Below are positions 18,753-27,706 of a stretch of 64,000 bases of DNA, piece after piece. The stretch spans positions 64,001 to 128,000 of IMG/VR virus record IMGVR_UViG_3300020048_000029; one strand, written 5' to 3'. Both the position numbers and the translations under genes were made by a program. The notes beneath the pieces are model-generated. The model saw nothing but the letters and a program-made list of their open reading frames with translations, had not been told where the DNA came from and ran no database searches. The DNA is from a virus. How positions within the stretch are numbered: the stretch's first letter is position 1; each line of letters opens with the position of its first letter.

Positions 18753-20537
18753 GTGATGATAAAATATTTTGAAGTAGACTCGTTCGATGACAGTATGGGG
18801 CAGAGAATCGTATCAATTAATGACGACAGTCTCACCAAAACTGCCAGCTTAGGATTTGCTCCTGATATCTTGTCATACATCTCCAAGATGACCAAACGCG
18901 AAGATCGCTACTATGTAGTGATCAACGCTGTTGGGGCATTTGAGTCTTGGGGAGCCAACAATAATGGCGACTCATTCCCTAGAGAGAGTCTCAGCCACGT
19001 ATCTCTTAGAAGTGCAATGGGCACTCCTAATGACTACGGGTACAAGACGTTCGAGTACTACGCAAAGCTCTTCAAACACCATGCAAATAAAAACCACCAT
19101 CCTTCTTTTGGAGAGGTATTGTATGCGTATTGGAACGCTGATATGGACCGTGTCGAACTTATTGTTGCTATCGATGTTGTTAGCGGTAGCGACATTGTGG
19201 TGGCTCTTGAGGCGGGTGAGGCTGTTGCCGTAAGTATGGGGTGTCGAGTAGTTGCTGATGAGTGTTCAATTTGTGGCAAGCAAGCAAAAACTCGAGCTGA
19301 GTACTGTACCCACCTTACAAGTCATTTGAGATCTGTTGTCACACATGAACAGGCTAAGCTGTGGTCTACACAGGTTGGTAGACAGGTTCTCCCAGGAGAA
19401 AAGGTCTATGCAAGAAACATTAAGCCTAAGTTCTTTGACATTTCAAGAGTTCGTATCGGTGCTGACCGCACTGCTTTCGTTCTTGGGAAAGTCGCGAGTG
19501 AAAACAGTTTTATCGGGTCAGCTGACCTAGGAGAGGTTTACGGTGTTACAGATTCGCAAATTGATAAATTGGCTGAAATTGACAAGGAGATCGGGACTTC
19601 TGTTGGCGATACAGACGGTAGCGTTATATCCGCTGATATGCTTGAAAGATCCGTTAACGGGCACGCGCTGGCTGCTATTGAAAGCGAGCGGGAAATTCCA
19701 CAGAATATCCTTGAATCAATATCAGCATTTGGCGCTCGTAATTGCATCGATTCTCTTTTGGGCCTTGGTATCCATCCTAGTCCTCGTGAGTTTCAGTATG
19801 TAATGCTTGCGAGCAATGGGGAAGGAGCTCTTGCAAAAAGACTTCTCGATTCGAACATTTGTTTTGATCCGAAAAGCTCTGATGCTATTGATGTGAAAGC
19901 TGAGCCGTCTATAAACGGGTCAATCTTCAGCATCATAAAAGATCTCATGATCGAAAGATCTTCAAACTCTCCTTTCATTCTCAACAGAATGAATCCGGTT
20001 ATCATAAAAACTGCTGCTGAAATAAACCAGCCGGCTATTCCGGTTCCAATGGCAATGTCTCCTTTCTATGACCAAGCAATGATCTTCGGAGCACTTGCTG
20101 GATTGTACCAAGGTCTCAAGCTTAAAGCCACAGGGATGACAGGCGGACAGATATCAAGAGCAATTATAAAGAATCCTGCCGTTGTACTTATGATTGGTGG
20201 AGGTGCTCTTGCTAAGCTTCATGAAGCTCAAGCGAAAAACCTTATTTCATCTTCGTATGTTCCGGCTATGAGCTACGCTGGCATTTTAAAAACTCCTGAG
20301 TTTATGAAAATTGCTGGGTACAAAGAACAAGCTGCTGGCAACACAATTATAGCGGCTGCAACTTTGTTCCCTCTTGCCTATGTAGCGCATTCTTACAACA
20401 AAAGCAATATGGCAAAAGGCGGGGTGTCGTCGCCTACTGCATCTACTATTGGAAACCCAGTTGTGCCAGTTGTTGGGACAGCAGGTTTTGCAGGACTTCC
20501 GATTCTTAAAAATAAGTTGATCAAGTCGCTGCAATAG
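18753..20537 (+). CDS. Prohead (capsid maturation) protease
   Basis: NNNGDSF, FKHHAN, VSMGC, CSICG...YCTHL, FFDISRV; lies upstream of scaffold and capsid genes. Confidence 0.75.
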   Translation: MMIKYFEVDSFDDSMGQRIVSINDDSLTKTASLGFAPDILSYISKMTKREDRYYVVINAVGAFESWGANNNGDSFPRESLSHVSLRSAMGTPNDYGYKTFEYYAKLFKHHANKNHHPSFGEVLYAYWNADMDRVELIVAIDVVSGSDIVVALEAGEAVAVSMGCRVVADECSICGKQAKTRAEYCTHLTSHLRSVVTHEQAKLWSTQVGRQVLPGEKVYARNIKPKFFDISRVRIGADRTAFVLGKVASENSFIGSADLGEVYGVTDSQIDKLAEIDKEIGTSVGDTDGSVISADMLERSVNGHALAAIESEREIPQNILESISAFGARNCIDSLLGLGIHPSPREFQYVMLASNGEGALAKRLLDSNICFDPKSSDAIDVKAEPSINGSIFSIIKDLMIERSSNSPFILNRMNPVIIKTAAEINQPAIPVPMAMSPFYDQAMIFGALAGLYQGLKLKATGMTGGQISRAIIKNPAVVLMIGGGALAKLHEAQAKNLISSSYVPAMSYAGILKTPEFMKIAGYKEQAAGNTIIAAATLFPLAYVAHSYNKSNMAKGGVSSPTASTIGNPVVPVVGTAGFAGLPILKNKLIKSLQ

Positions 20538-20582
20538 ATATATATTTTTTAACGAAATGATTCTTAACCAAAGGAAAATTCT

Positions 20583-21521
20583 ATGACTAACAATCTTTCT
20601 GCGCATATGGCTGCAAGATTATCAGGTGCAGGGCACACTAAGGTCGCCTCTGACACCGGCTCTCTGAGTGAGCAGATCATGGCAAAACTTGCCGCATCTC
20701 TCGAAGCGCCTATGGGTGAGCCAGCTGCTCTTCCTGAGGCTCCTAAAAGTCAAGTTGTAATTACCCCTACAGCAACGCCTGTAACCGACCCAACTGTTGT
20801 TGCGGCTACCGCTGCTGTTTCTGACCAGGGCCTTGCTGCTGCTGGCGGAAATCCTGATGTTGTTGCTGCAATGGCTGCACAGCCTGCTATGGGCGACGCT
20901 GGAACTCCTGGTGCTTATGGTACTGGTGAAAACGGCGACATGTCACGTAACAACACTGACATGAATAAAGTTGCTCTCGATGCAACAGTTGCTGCAGACA
21001 TGGAAGCTCGCGGGATTGCTCTTGCGAACGCTTACTCTAATCAGATCGAAAAAATCGCGATGGAAAAAGCTGCTGAAGATGCATTCGCAATGCTTGCTTC
21101 TGAAGGCCTTGTAAATCCTCGCTACATCGACCATGAAAAAGTTGCAAGTGACAACGATGGTTACGTATTCGGTGAGACTCTTGAAAAACTTGCTTCTGGA
21201 ACTCTCGAAGCTCCTACAGCATACGATTTCATCGTTGCTCATAATGAGTATGTAAAAATCGCTACTGATATCGCTGAAGCAGAAGCTGCTGGCGAAGCAC
21301 AGGCTATCGCAGATGTTGAAAAACTTGCTGCTGAAGCTGAAGCTGAAGCAATGGCTCAGGAGAACACTTCTACAATGGAAGCACAGATCGCTGCTGCAAT
21401 TGAAGAAGCTTACGCTCTTGGAGTATCAGAAGCTCAACAGGCTCCTGACGCATCTCTTGCTGCTCTCAAAAAAGATCCTGACTTCCTTAAGCTTCTTGCG
21501 AAGCACGGAATTGCTGGTTAA
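20583..21521 (+). CDS. Putative capsid scaffolding protein
   Basis: Acidic, Ala-rich, at least 8 K-x-A sites; between protease and capsid. Confidence 0.6.
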   Translation: MTNNLSAHMAARLSGAGHTKVASDTGSLSEQIMAKLAASLEAPMGEPAALPEAPKSQVVITPTATPVTDPTVVAATAAVSDQGLAAAGGNPDVVAAMAAQPAMGDAGTPGAYGTGENGDMSRNNTDMNKVALDATVAADMEARGIALANAYSNQIEKIAMEKAAEDAFAMLASEGLVNPRYIDHEKVASDNDGYVFGETLEKLASGTLEAPTAYDFIVAHNEYVKIATDIAEAEAAGEAQAIADVEKLAAEAEAEAMAQENTSTMEAQIAAAIEEAYALGVSEAQQAPDASLAALKKDPDFLKLLAKHGIAG

Positions 21522-21522
21522 T

Positions 21523-21894
21523 ATGAACGTAGCACGAATTGTACGGCTTGAAGTCGGTTTGGAAAAGATTGCTTTTGATGCGTCGGCGCTCGACGGATCA
21601 AACGATCCTCTCGTCAAACAGGCTGCCGAACTTATTCGCGCTCTTGACCGCAAAATTGAAGATATGGTTAAGGCGGCCTCTGTAACAGAGACCGTCACTG
21701 ACCTATTCAACCGGGGACTCTTGGACGATTCTGAAGTTCAAGAAAAAGTGGCTGAACTTTTTTCTTCTGGCAATATTGCCGGAGAGACGGTTAAGATCGC
21801 ATCCCACATGGGTAGTATGTTTGACGGAGTCAGTCAGAGTACCCCAGTAAAAAAAGAAATGCACGATTTTATTAACGAAAAACTCGCGAGGTAA
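21523..21894 (+). CDS. Putative scaffold/head assembly protein
   Basis: Start MNVARI at 21523; EKIAF, EKVAE, VKIAS, EKLAR. Confidence 0.55.
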   Translation: MNVARIVRLEVGLEKIAFDASALDGSNDPLVKQAAELIRALDRKIEDMVKAASVTETVTDLFNRGLLDDSEVQEKVAELFSSGNIAGETVKIASHMGSMFDGVSQSTPVKKEMHDFINEKLAR

Positions 21895-21897
21895 CTC

Positions 21898-22341
21898 ATG
21901 GCTCTTGATATTTTTACGCCAATCGCTCTTATCGACCAGTCTTCACGACTGCTTGTAGATGTTGACACTTTCACTGGTAAAGCTGGTCAGTTCGTTGAAC
22001 TTGTCGGTGGTAAAGTTAAAAAAGTAACAACTGGATCTACAATCAAAAACGTTCGTATGCTCCGCACAACTGTGACTGGTAGCGCTTATGAAGGTTTCGA
22101 TGTAAAAGGTGGACGTGTTTCTGTAATTGAAAGTTTCATCCGTGGAACCGTTGGCGACGATTGTATCGACGCAACTGGTCTTGCTGATGGTGACTACCTT
22201 ACAGTAAGCTCTGCTGCTGACTCTGAAGGTATGATGATCAAGGCTACTGCTGGCAAAGTTGTTGTTGCTCAGCTTGTAACCATTGACGCTGCGGCATCAA
22301 CTTACGAGATTCGTACAGTTTCTCCGTTCATTGCTGCTTAA
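21898..22341 (+). CDS. Putative head decoration (cement) protein
   Basis: 147-aa beta-rich ORF just upstream of the capsid gene, with strongly biased codons. Confidence 0.6.
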   Translation: MALDIFTPIALIDQSSRLLVDVDTFTGKAGQFVELVGGKVKKVTTGSTIKNVRMLRTTVTGSAYEGFDVKGGRVSVIESFIRGTVGDDCIDATGLADGDYLTVSSAADSEGMMIKATAGKVVVAQLVTIDAAASTYEIRTVSPFIAA

Positions 22342-22411
22342 TGATTTTAGACTGAGGGGAGAAATCCCCTTAGCCAAAAAAGAAAAAATTACTTTATTAT
22401 AGGAGCTCTTA

Positions 22412-23434
22412 ATGCTTGATATGAACAATCCTGCCCTTTTCAATGCTGAGATCGTTGATCGTATGGAAAAAAACGCTTCAGACGTATCTGAAGGTATCCG
22501 TGAGTACATCCATACAGAACTTGTAGAAGGCTCTTTTGCCCGTACAGTTCTTAAACCTGTACCAATTACAGCTGCTGACTGCCAGGTTAACCTTGCAGAC
22601 AACTCTCTGTATATGATCAAAGAAATCGAAGCTGGCGCAGCTGCTGTTGCAGTTGACAACCTCGGTGTACCTAACGGTCGTTACGTTAAGGGTGAGCGTT
22701 ATATCATTCCTATCGTAAACTTTGTTACTGACCGTTTCCAGATCACTGAAGAAGACCTTCGTGCGTATCGCCACCCGATCACCAAACGTATCCAGGAAAA
22801 ATCTGTTCCGATTCTTCATAAGCTTGAAGACACTTATTTCCTCCGTCTCGTTGGTGCTGCTCTTGCTGCTCAGTCTGCTCTCAATGCAACTGGCGTAAAA
22901 GCTGTAAAAGGCCACGCTACAAACGATCTCGAACTGAACGAACGTGACTTCATTTCTTTGAAAAACGCTCTTTCATCTGGTATCAAAGGTTCTGACGACA
23001 AACGCAAAGAAACTGCGTTGATGCTCATGACTCAGGAAGATTACGAAACTGCAGTACTGCTTCCAAACGCAGCTGATAGCTTCGGTACCGACCGTATTAT
23101 CAACGGTCTCCGTTCTGAAACTCTCTACGGTACTCGTATCGTTAAGACTATCAAATCGAACGTTCTTCCTCGTGGACACGTTATGGCATTCACTACTGAA
23201 GATTTCCTCGGACACGCTTTCACCCTTGGTGAAACTCGTTTCGAAATCAAAAAAGAGTTTGGTCTCCTTCAGTGGGAAACTAAAATGTCTGTTGGTTACG
23301 GTATCGGTAATGCTCTTTCTGTAGCCCTTCTCACGCTTCCTGGCGCGTCAATGGGTGGAAATGACATCACTGTTGCAACAGATGGTGTTCTCCCTCAGAA
23401 CATCAAGAACTACTACAAAGGTCTTACTTGTTAA
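22412..23434 (+). CDS. Major capsid protein (HK97 fold presumed)
   Basis: 340 aa, strong codon bias, position after protease/scaffold/decoration, terminator behind it, N-terminal EKNAS site. Confidence 0.75.
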   Translation: MLDMNNPALFNAEIVDRMEKNASDVSEGIREYIHTELVEGSFARTVLKPVPITAADCQVNLADNSLYMIKEIEAGAAAVAVDNLGVPNGRYVKGERYIIPIVNFVTDRFQITEEDLRAYRHPITKRIQEKSVPILHKLEDTYFLRLVGAALAAQSALNATGVKAVKGHATNDLELNERDFISLKNALSSGIKGSDDKRKETALMLMTQEDYETAVLLPNAADSFGTDRIINGLRSETLYGTRIVKTIKSNVLPRGHVMAFTTEDFLGHAFTLGETRFEIKKEFGLLQWETKMSVGYGIGNALSVALLTLPGASMGGNDITVATDGVLPQNIKNYYKGLTC

Positions 23435-23459
23435 TCAAGTAGCCTAGTAGCTGTTCAAA

Positions 23460-23506
23460 TAAAAGGCTCAATCGGACACTCTTCGATTGAGCCTTAATTT
23501 ATTTTT
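23460..23506 (+). terminator. Intrinsic terminator after capsid gene
   Basis: AAGGCTCAATCG..CGATTGAGCCTT followed by T-rich tail. Confidence 0.7.
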
Positions 23507-23527
23507 GTAATAACCTAGGAGGGTTTT

Positions 23528-23899
23528 ATGTCATTTAATATGAAAAATATTACAGACCAAGTCCGCGAAATCTACAAAGAGAGCGGTATCGTTTCTGTAA
23601 AACCTGGAGATACTGTTCGCGTGTCTGCTACAGATATCATCAGCACAGGTAGTTCGATCGTTCACTTTGTAAGAGCTGCGAAAGATGTGATCGAAGACAT
23701 TGTTGAAGTGGTAGAAGATATCATCGATGACATCAAAGATCATCGCGATGAACGTGACGCTGAACGCGCTGCGAAAGAAGCTGAAGAAGCTGCTGCAAAA
23801 GAAGCGGAAGCTGCTGCTGAAGCTGAAAAGAAAGCTGCTGAAGCTGCAGAAAAAGCTGCAAAAGCTGCTGCAAAGAAGGCTGCTAATGCTGCTGAATAA
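23528..23899 (+). CDS. Hypothetical protein with Ala/Glu/Lys-rich C terminus
   Basis: AGGAGG RBS; AAKEAE repeats. Confidence 0.6.
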   Translation: MSFNMKNITDQVREIYKESGIVSVKPGDTVRVSATDIISTGSSIVHFVRAAKDVIEDIVEVVEDIIDDIKDHRDERDAERAAKEAEEAAAKEAEAAAEAEKKAAEAAEKAAKAAAKKAANAAE

Positions 23900-24033
23900 T
23901 ACTGGTGAAAGCAAGACAGTAATGCTTGATGATGGTTCTTCCGTTGTTGTTCCTCATGGGATTTCTTCTCATGGCGACAAAAACGTTTTGATCGCAACCA
24001 TCATCCATAGCTGCATCAGCGAAGTTAAACAAG

Positions 24034-24519
24034 ATGAGGCGACAGATGACACAGACGGAGTATGTGGAGAAGCTGAGAGCGTTCCTGAAGGACAAGGAGG
24101 AGTTGAACAGACTTCTGGAGTTCAGGGAAGAAAACAGCGAGCTGGATCTAAGTCTGTATCTTGATATGGCTATGGCAGAATTAAACTCTATGGCTCCGGT
24201 CGTAGGGTTTTACTCTTACGAGGGATTTCCAATCCCTCAGCTAGTCATTCTTCTTGCTACGGTACACTGTTTGATATCAAACAACATTCTCAATGCAAGA
24301 AACGACCTACAGTACAATAACGGCGGAATCACTGTTAAGTTCCAAGATGGAAACAAGTACCTTCCGCAGATTCAGCTACTTCTTAGTATGATGGAGTCTC
24401 TCAAAAAGAACTTCTATCAAATGAAATTAAGTGTAAATATTGCAAGAGGTTTCGGAGGATGTCCGTCTCCTTACGCATATATAACCGGGGGACCGTATGA
24501 ACCACCAAGTTACAGTTGA
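24034..24519 (+). CDS. Putative head-tail adaptor
   Basis: Helical N terminus; position after capsid gene. Confidence 0.45.
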   Translation: MRRQMTQTEYVEKLRAFLKDKEELNRLLEFREENSELDLSLYLDMAMAELNSMAPVVGFYSYEGFPIPQLVILLATVHCLISNNILNARNDLQYNNGGITVKFQDGNKYLPQIQLLLSMMESLKKNFYQMKLSVNIARGFGGCPSPYAYITGGPYEPPSYS

Positions 24520-25123
24520 CTCTCTTGACTCTTTCATTTTGAAAGTTGCGGCAGAGTCTAAAAATACAGAAGTTTTCAATGAAGCAGTTCCTGAGGAGAA
24601 TCCTGGACAAGAGACTGGTCAACAGCCTGCTCCTGCAAAGGAAGATCCAGAAGCTATCCCTACTGAAGAAGAGATGCCACAGAGCGACCCTGTTACTGAT
24701 GCGATGCATTACGGAGCTCTCGCTGCGCAGGCATTTTTGTCAGAAGAGTTGATGCAAGCAGCATTGTCTGGCCACCCTGAAGCGATCAAGATCGTTGCAG
24801 CTACAGCCGGAGAAATCGCTGCAAAAGTGTCAAAAGGAATGCTTGAAGGTGGATCTGTTCCGGCTGCTCCAGCTGAGGCTGCTCCTGCTCCAGTAGAACA
24901 GGCCCCAGTAGAAGCTGCGCCGGAAGCTCCAGTAGCGCCGGCTGCTCCTGCTGCTCCAGGCAAAGATGGTGCCGCTGAAGAGCAGATCGCAGCTCAGATT
25001 GCTCCTGCTGTAAGCAACGAAGGAACAGCTGACGATATCAGCGCATCTGGACTCGATCCTAAAAAGCAATACACTGCCGCTGAAGTTATTCAGTTTGCGA
25101 AGTCGTATGCGAATAAAGGCTAA
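24497..25123 (+). CDS. Acidic Pro/Ala-rich K-x-A protein
   Basis: ILKVAAE leader; low-complexity EAAP repeats. Confidence 0.55.
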   Translation: MNHQVTVDSLDSFILKVAAESKNTEVFNEAVPEENPGQETGQQPAPAKEDPEAIPTEEEMPQSDPVTDAMHYGALAAQAFLSEELMQAALSGHPEAIKIVAATAGEIAAKVSKGMLEGGSVPAAPAEAAPAPVEQAPVEAAPEAPVAPAAPAAPGKDGAAEEQIAAQIAPAVSNEGTADDISASGLDPKKQYTAAEVIQFAKSYANKG

Positions 25124-25901
25124 TGTAATATCTGATGGAAACGACTCCCGTGTAATATCATGGGAGCCTGTAAACACCTCGGCTTATGCTGAGGTGCTTT
25201 TCAGCTTTAACCCTGAAAGTGGTTTTTCTGTCCTTAGTCCAAATTGCACTGATACTCAGTACACAGACAACAGGATCATAAGAAACACGAACAGGACTGC
25301 TTATTATAAAATCAAGGTCTATGATGCTCTTGGTGTAATGATAGCAGACTCTGGAATAGTCCATCTCGAATCAAATTACGACGGCGTCCTCGGAACAATA
25401 ATCTATAACGAGACAACTCTTAACAGACTGTTCCAAGGGAACCCCTACTGGATTGTTAAATCTGCAAAGTCAGGAGCAAGATGCCCAGTTTGCTGGGATC
25501 ACTTCAGAGACGAAGCGAAGTTTAGCAATTGTCCAGAGTGCCACAGCACTGGGTATGTTCTTGGCACCTACGAAAAGATATCTGCTTTTATATCGGTAAG
25601 TTCTGACCCTAAGAAATCCGGTGCAATCCCGGAAGGCGAAATGGTCACCGATACGCTTCAAGGCAGGTTGTCAAACTATCCTCTTGTCGATACAAACGAC
25701 TATGCAATAGAAGAGATGACCGGGAAGAGATTCTTAATAACTTCTGTTGAAGTAACAAAATTACCGGTTATTTCAAGAGATAATTCTGGATCAACTTCAA
25801 ACCATGTTGCGAGCCAAATTATAACTATGGTTGAACTCGAGAGAGATCATGAATTCTATAAGATACATGAATTTATAACATCTCCAGAAGAGGTAATGTG
25901 A
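25107..25901 (+). CDS. Putative neck/head-closure protein with Zn ribbon
   Basis: CPVC...CPECHSTG; position before tail genes. Confidence 0.5.
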   Translation: MRIKANVISDGNDSRVISWEPVNTSAYAEVLFSFNPESGFSVLSPNCTDTQYTDNRIIRNTNRTAYYKIKVYDALGVMIADSGIVHLESNYDGVLGTIIYNETTLNRLFQGNPYWIVKSAKSGARCPVCWDHFRDEAKFSNCPECHSTGYVLGTYEKISAFISVSSDPKKSGAIPEGEMVTDTLQGRLSNYPLVDTNDYAIEEMTGKRFLITSVEVTKLPVISRDNSGSTSNHVASQIITMVELERDHEFYKIHEFITSPEEVM

Positions 25902-26830
25902 TGGAAGCTTGGTTTTTAGAAACCCTCGGAAAGGTAGATATTTCAGATACTCATAAAATGATCATCTTCCTTGTTGCATCGATAGCATACGCTATTTTCA
26001 ATGAGGTTAGAAGAAACCGGACTGTTACCGATAGAAACTCAAAGATAGGGTCAATATCTTTGGAGCTCACATCTGTAAAGTCTTCTCTTGATGCTGAAAT
26101 AAAGATCTTGAAAAACGATCTTTCTCAAGCCGAAGAGAAGCTTATTGAAAAGGAAGAGCTTCACCTTATTGAGATCATGAATCTTCAAAAGACACATGAG
26201 CGTCACATTGACAGTATCATAAAAGTTCTTTCGTACAAAACAGATCTTGTAATGCTTCAGAGAGACGCTTTCGAAGCATCTCGAAGAACTGCCACGATCG
26301 ATACTCTTACCTCGATCAGGAATACGATCAAAGGTAAGTTTAAGACTATGAAATACGACATGATGTACATCTTCAGACAGGACATGATGAAACGCCTCGG
26401 CAGCATCGATTGTCTTACCGGAGAAGGTGGAGTGTGCTCCAACAAGACCCTCGTAAACGACTCTCAGCTTAAAGGGTACGAGTCGCTTTTGATCGAATCG
26501 ATTGCTGAAGGCGAAGAACTTTGCCATGCAATAGTCGAAGACTTCAAAGACGATCTTGCTCCAGCAGCATTTGATCAGTGGTGCTCTGAGGCAAACCGGT
26601 TAATCCATCATATTGTGTGGGACGGCATGCTTTTGAAAATCCCAAGCTCATCCAATATGGCGCCTAACATCAACATGATAACAGAGAAGTACACAATTTC
26701 GTACTTCACATCTATCATGGAAAGTGTCAAGCAGATCAGGAAGAACGAGAAGGCTGCTATTGAAAAAGCAAAAGACCGATATGAATTTGAAGTGAAAAAG
26801 ATTTACGGAGACAGACGGTCTGCGCAATAA
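25898..26830 (+). CDS. Membrane-anchored coiled-coil protein
   Basis: N-terminal TM segment MIIFLVASIAYAIF followed by coiled coil. Confidence 0.55.
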   Translation: MMEAWFLETLGKVDISDTHKMIIFLVASIAYAIFNEVRRNRTVTDRNSKIGSISLELTSVKSSLDAEIKILKNDLSQAEEKLIEKEELHLIEIMNLQKTHERHIDSIIKVLSYKTDLVMLQRDAFEASRRTATIDTLTSIRNTIKGKFKTMKYDMMYIFRQDMMKRLGSIDCLTGEGGVCSNKTLVNDSQLKGYESLLIESIAEGEELCHAIVEDFKDDLAPAAFDQWCSEANRLIHHIVWDGMLLKIPSSSNMAPNINMITEKYTISYFTSIMESVKQIRKNEKAAIEKAKDRYEFEVKKIYGDRRSAQ

Positions 26831-26839
26831 GTATTTTAT

Positions 26840-27706
26840 TTGAACGAATGGGGGTTAATTTTGTTCGATATGCCATCTGGTAAACTGACGAGTATGCTTA
26901 TAAGCTATCTTCAGCACATCTTTTCTGATGAGGAGTTGGTGACCCCAATGTACTTGTGGAATAAGGACCAGAAGGTATCGAGAATTAGAATTAGCTCTGT
27001 ATTCGTCGTAAACAATGAGACTCCATTAAGCTCTCCTTACATAACTGTCAGAAGAGGGTCTCATAACTTTCTTCGAGTTGGTATCGACGATTTCATTGAA
27101 GGTGATAACATCACTCTCGAAAGAAAATCCGCTCCACTTGAGGGTAATGTAATGTTTACAGTTGGAGCAAGATCTTCTATCGAAGCATCTAACATTGCTC
27201 AATTCATAGCAGAGTATTTGCAGACTGAAAGACACGGGATAATCCACAAGTCAGGATTCTTGAGAAATTTCAAGATAATCGGCGTTGGAGAAGAGGTTCC
27301 AAAGGTTGTGGATTCAGTAGTTCATAGATATGAAGTGTCTGTTCCTGCATTCTCTTCTTCAATGTACATAAGCAGTCGTGACTACACCGCAGGAGACCCG
27401 TTCAATATGACCGAGTTTCTTGGATACGACAAGATATCTGACAAGAGCTCTTGCGTGTTAGATGCGAATGTCTTAACTGATTTGAACAAGACCTTTGGTG
27501 AGAGCTACTCTTACGACTACTTCCTTGAACCAGGGAAGCTTTACTACGCAAATATCGATGGAACAAGTTATGAAATAATAAGCATTTTGAGCGATCATAG
27601 CATTTTACTTAAAGATGCAACGTTCGCACCTAGTACTACGAAAAATTACAATATAATCTGGAATACCAGTGGAATTCACTGGATAGCTAAAAAGGAGAAT
27701 GTATGA
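26840..27706 (+). CDS. Putative tail completion/terminator protein
   Basis: Directly upstream of sheath; PYITVRRG motif. Confidence 0.45.
   Translation: MNEWGLILFDMPSGKLTSMLISYLQHIFSDEELVTPMYLWNKDQKVSRIRISSVFVVNNETPLSSPYITVRRGSHNFLRVGIDDFIEGDNITLERKSAPLEGNVMFTVGARSSIEASNIAQFIAEYLQTERHGIIHKSGFLRNFKIIGVGEEVPKVVDSVVHRYEVSVPAFSSSMYISSRDYTAGDPFNMTEFLGYDKISDKSSCVLDANVLTDLNKTFGESYSYDYFLEPGKLYYANIDGTSYEIISILSDHSILLKDATFAPSTTKNYNIIWNTSGIHWIAKKENV

Noticed and set aside
23740-23997. Antisense and alternate-frame ORFs over Ala/Lys/Glu-rich and other structural genes
   Set aside because: Shadow ORFs caused by GCT/GAA codon bias on the coding strand.
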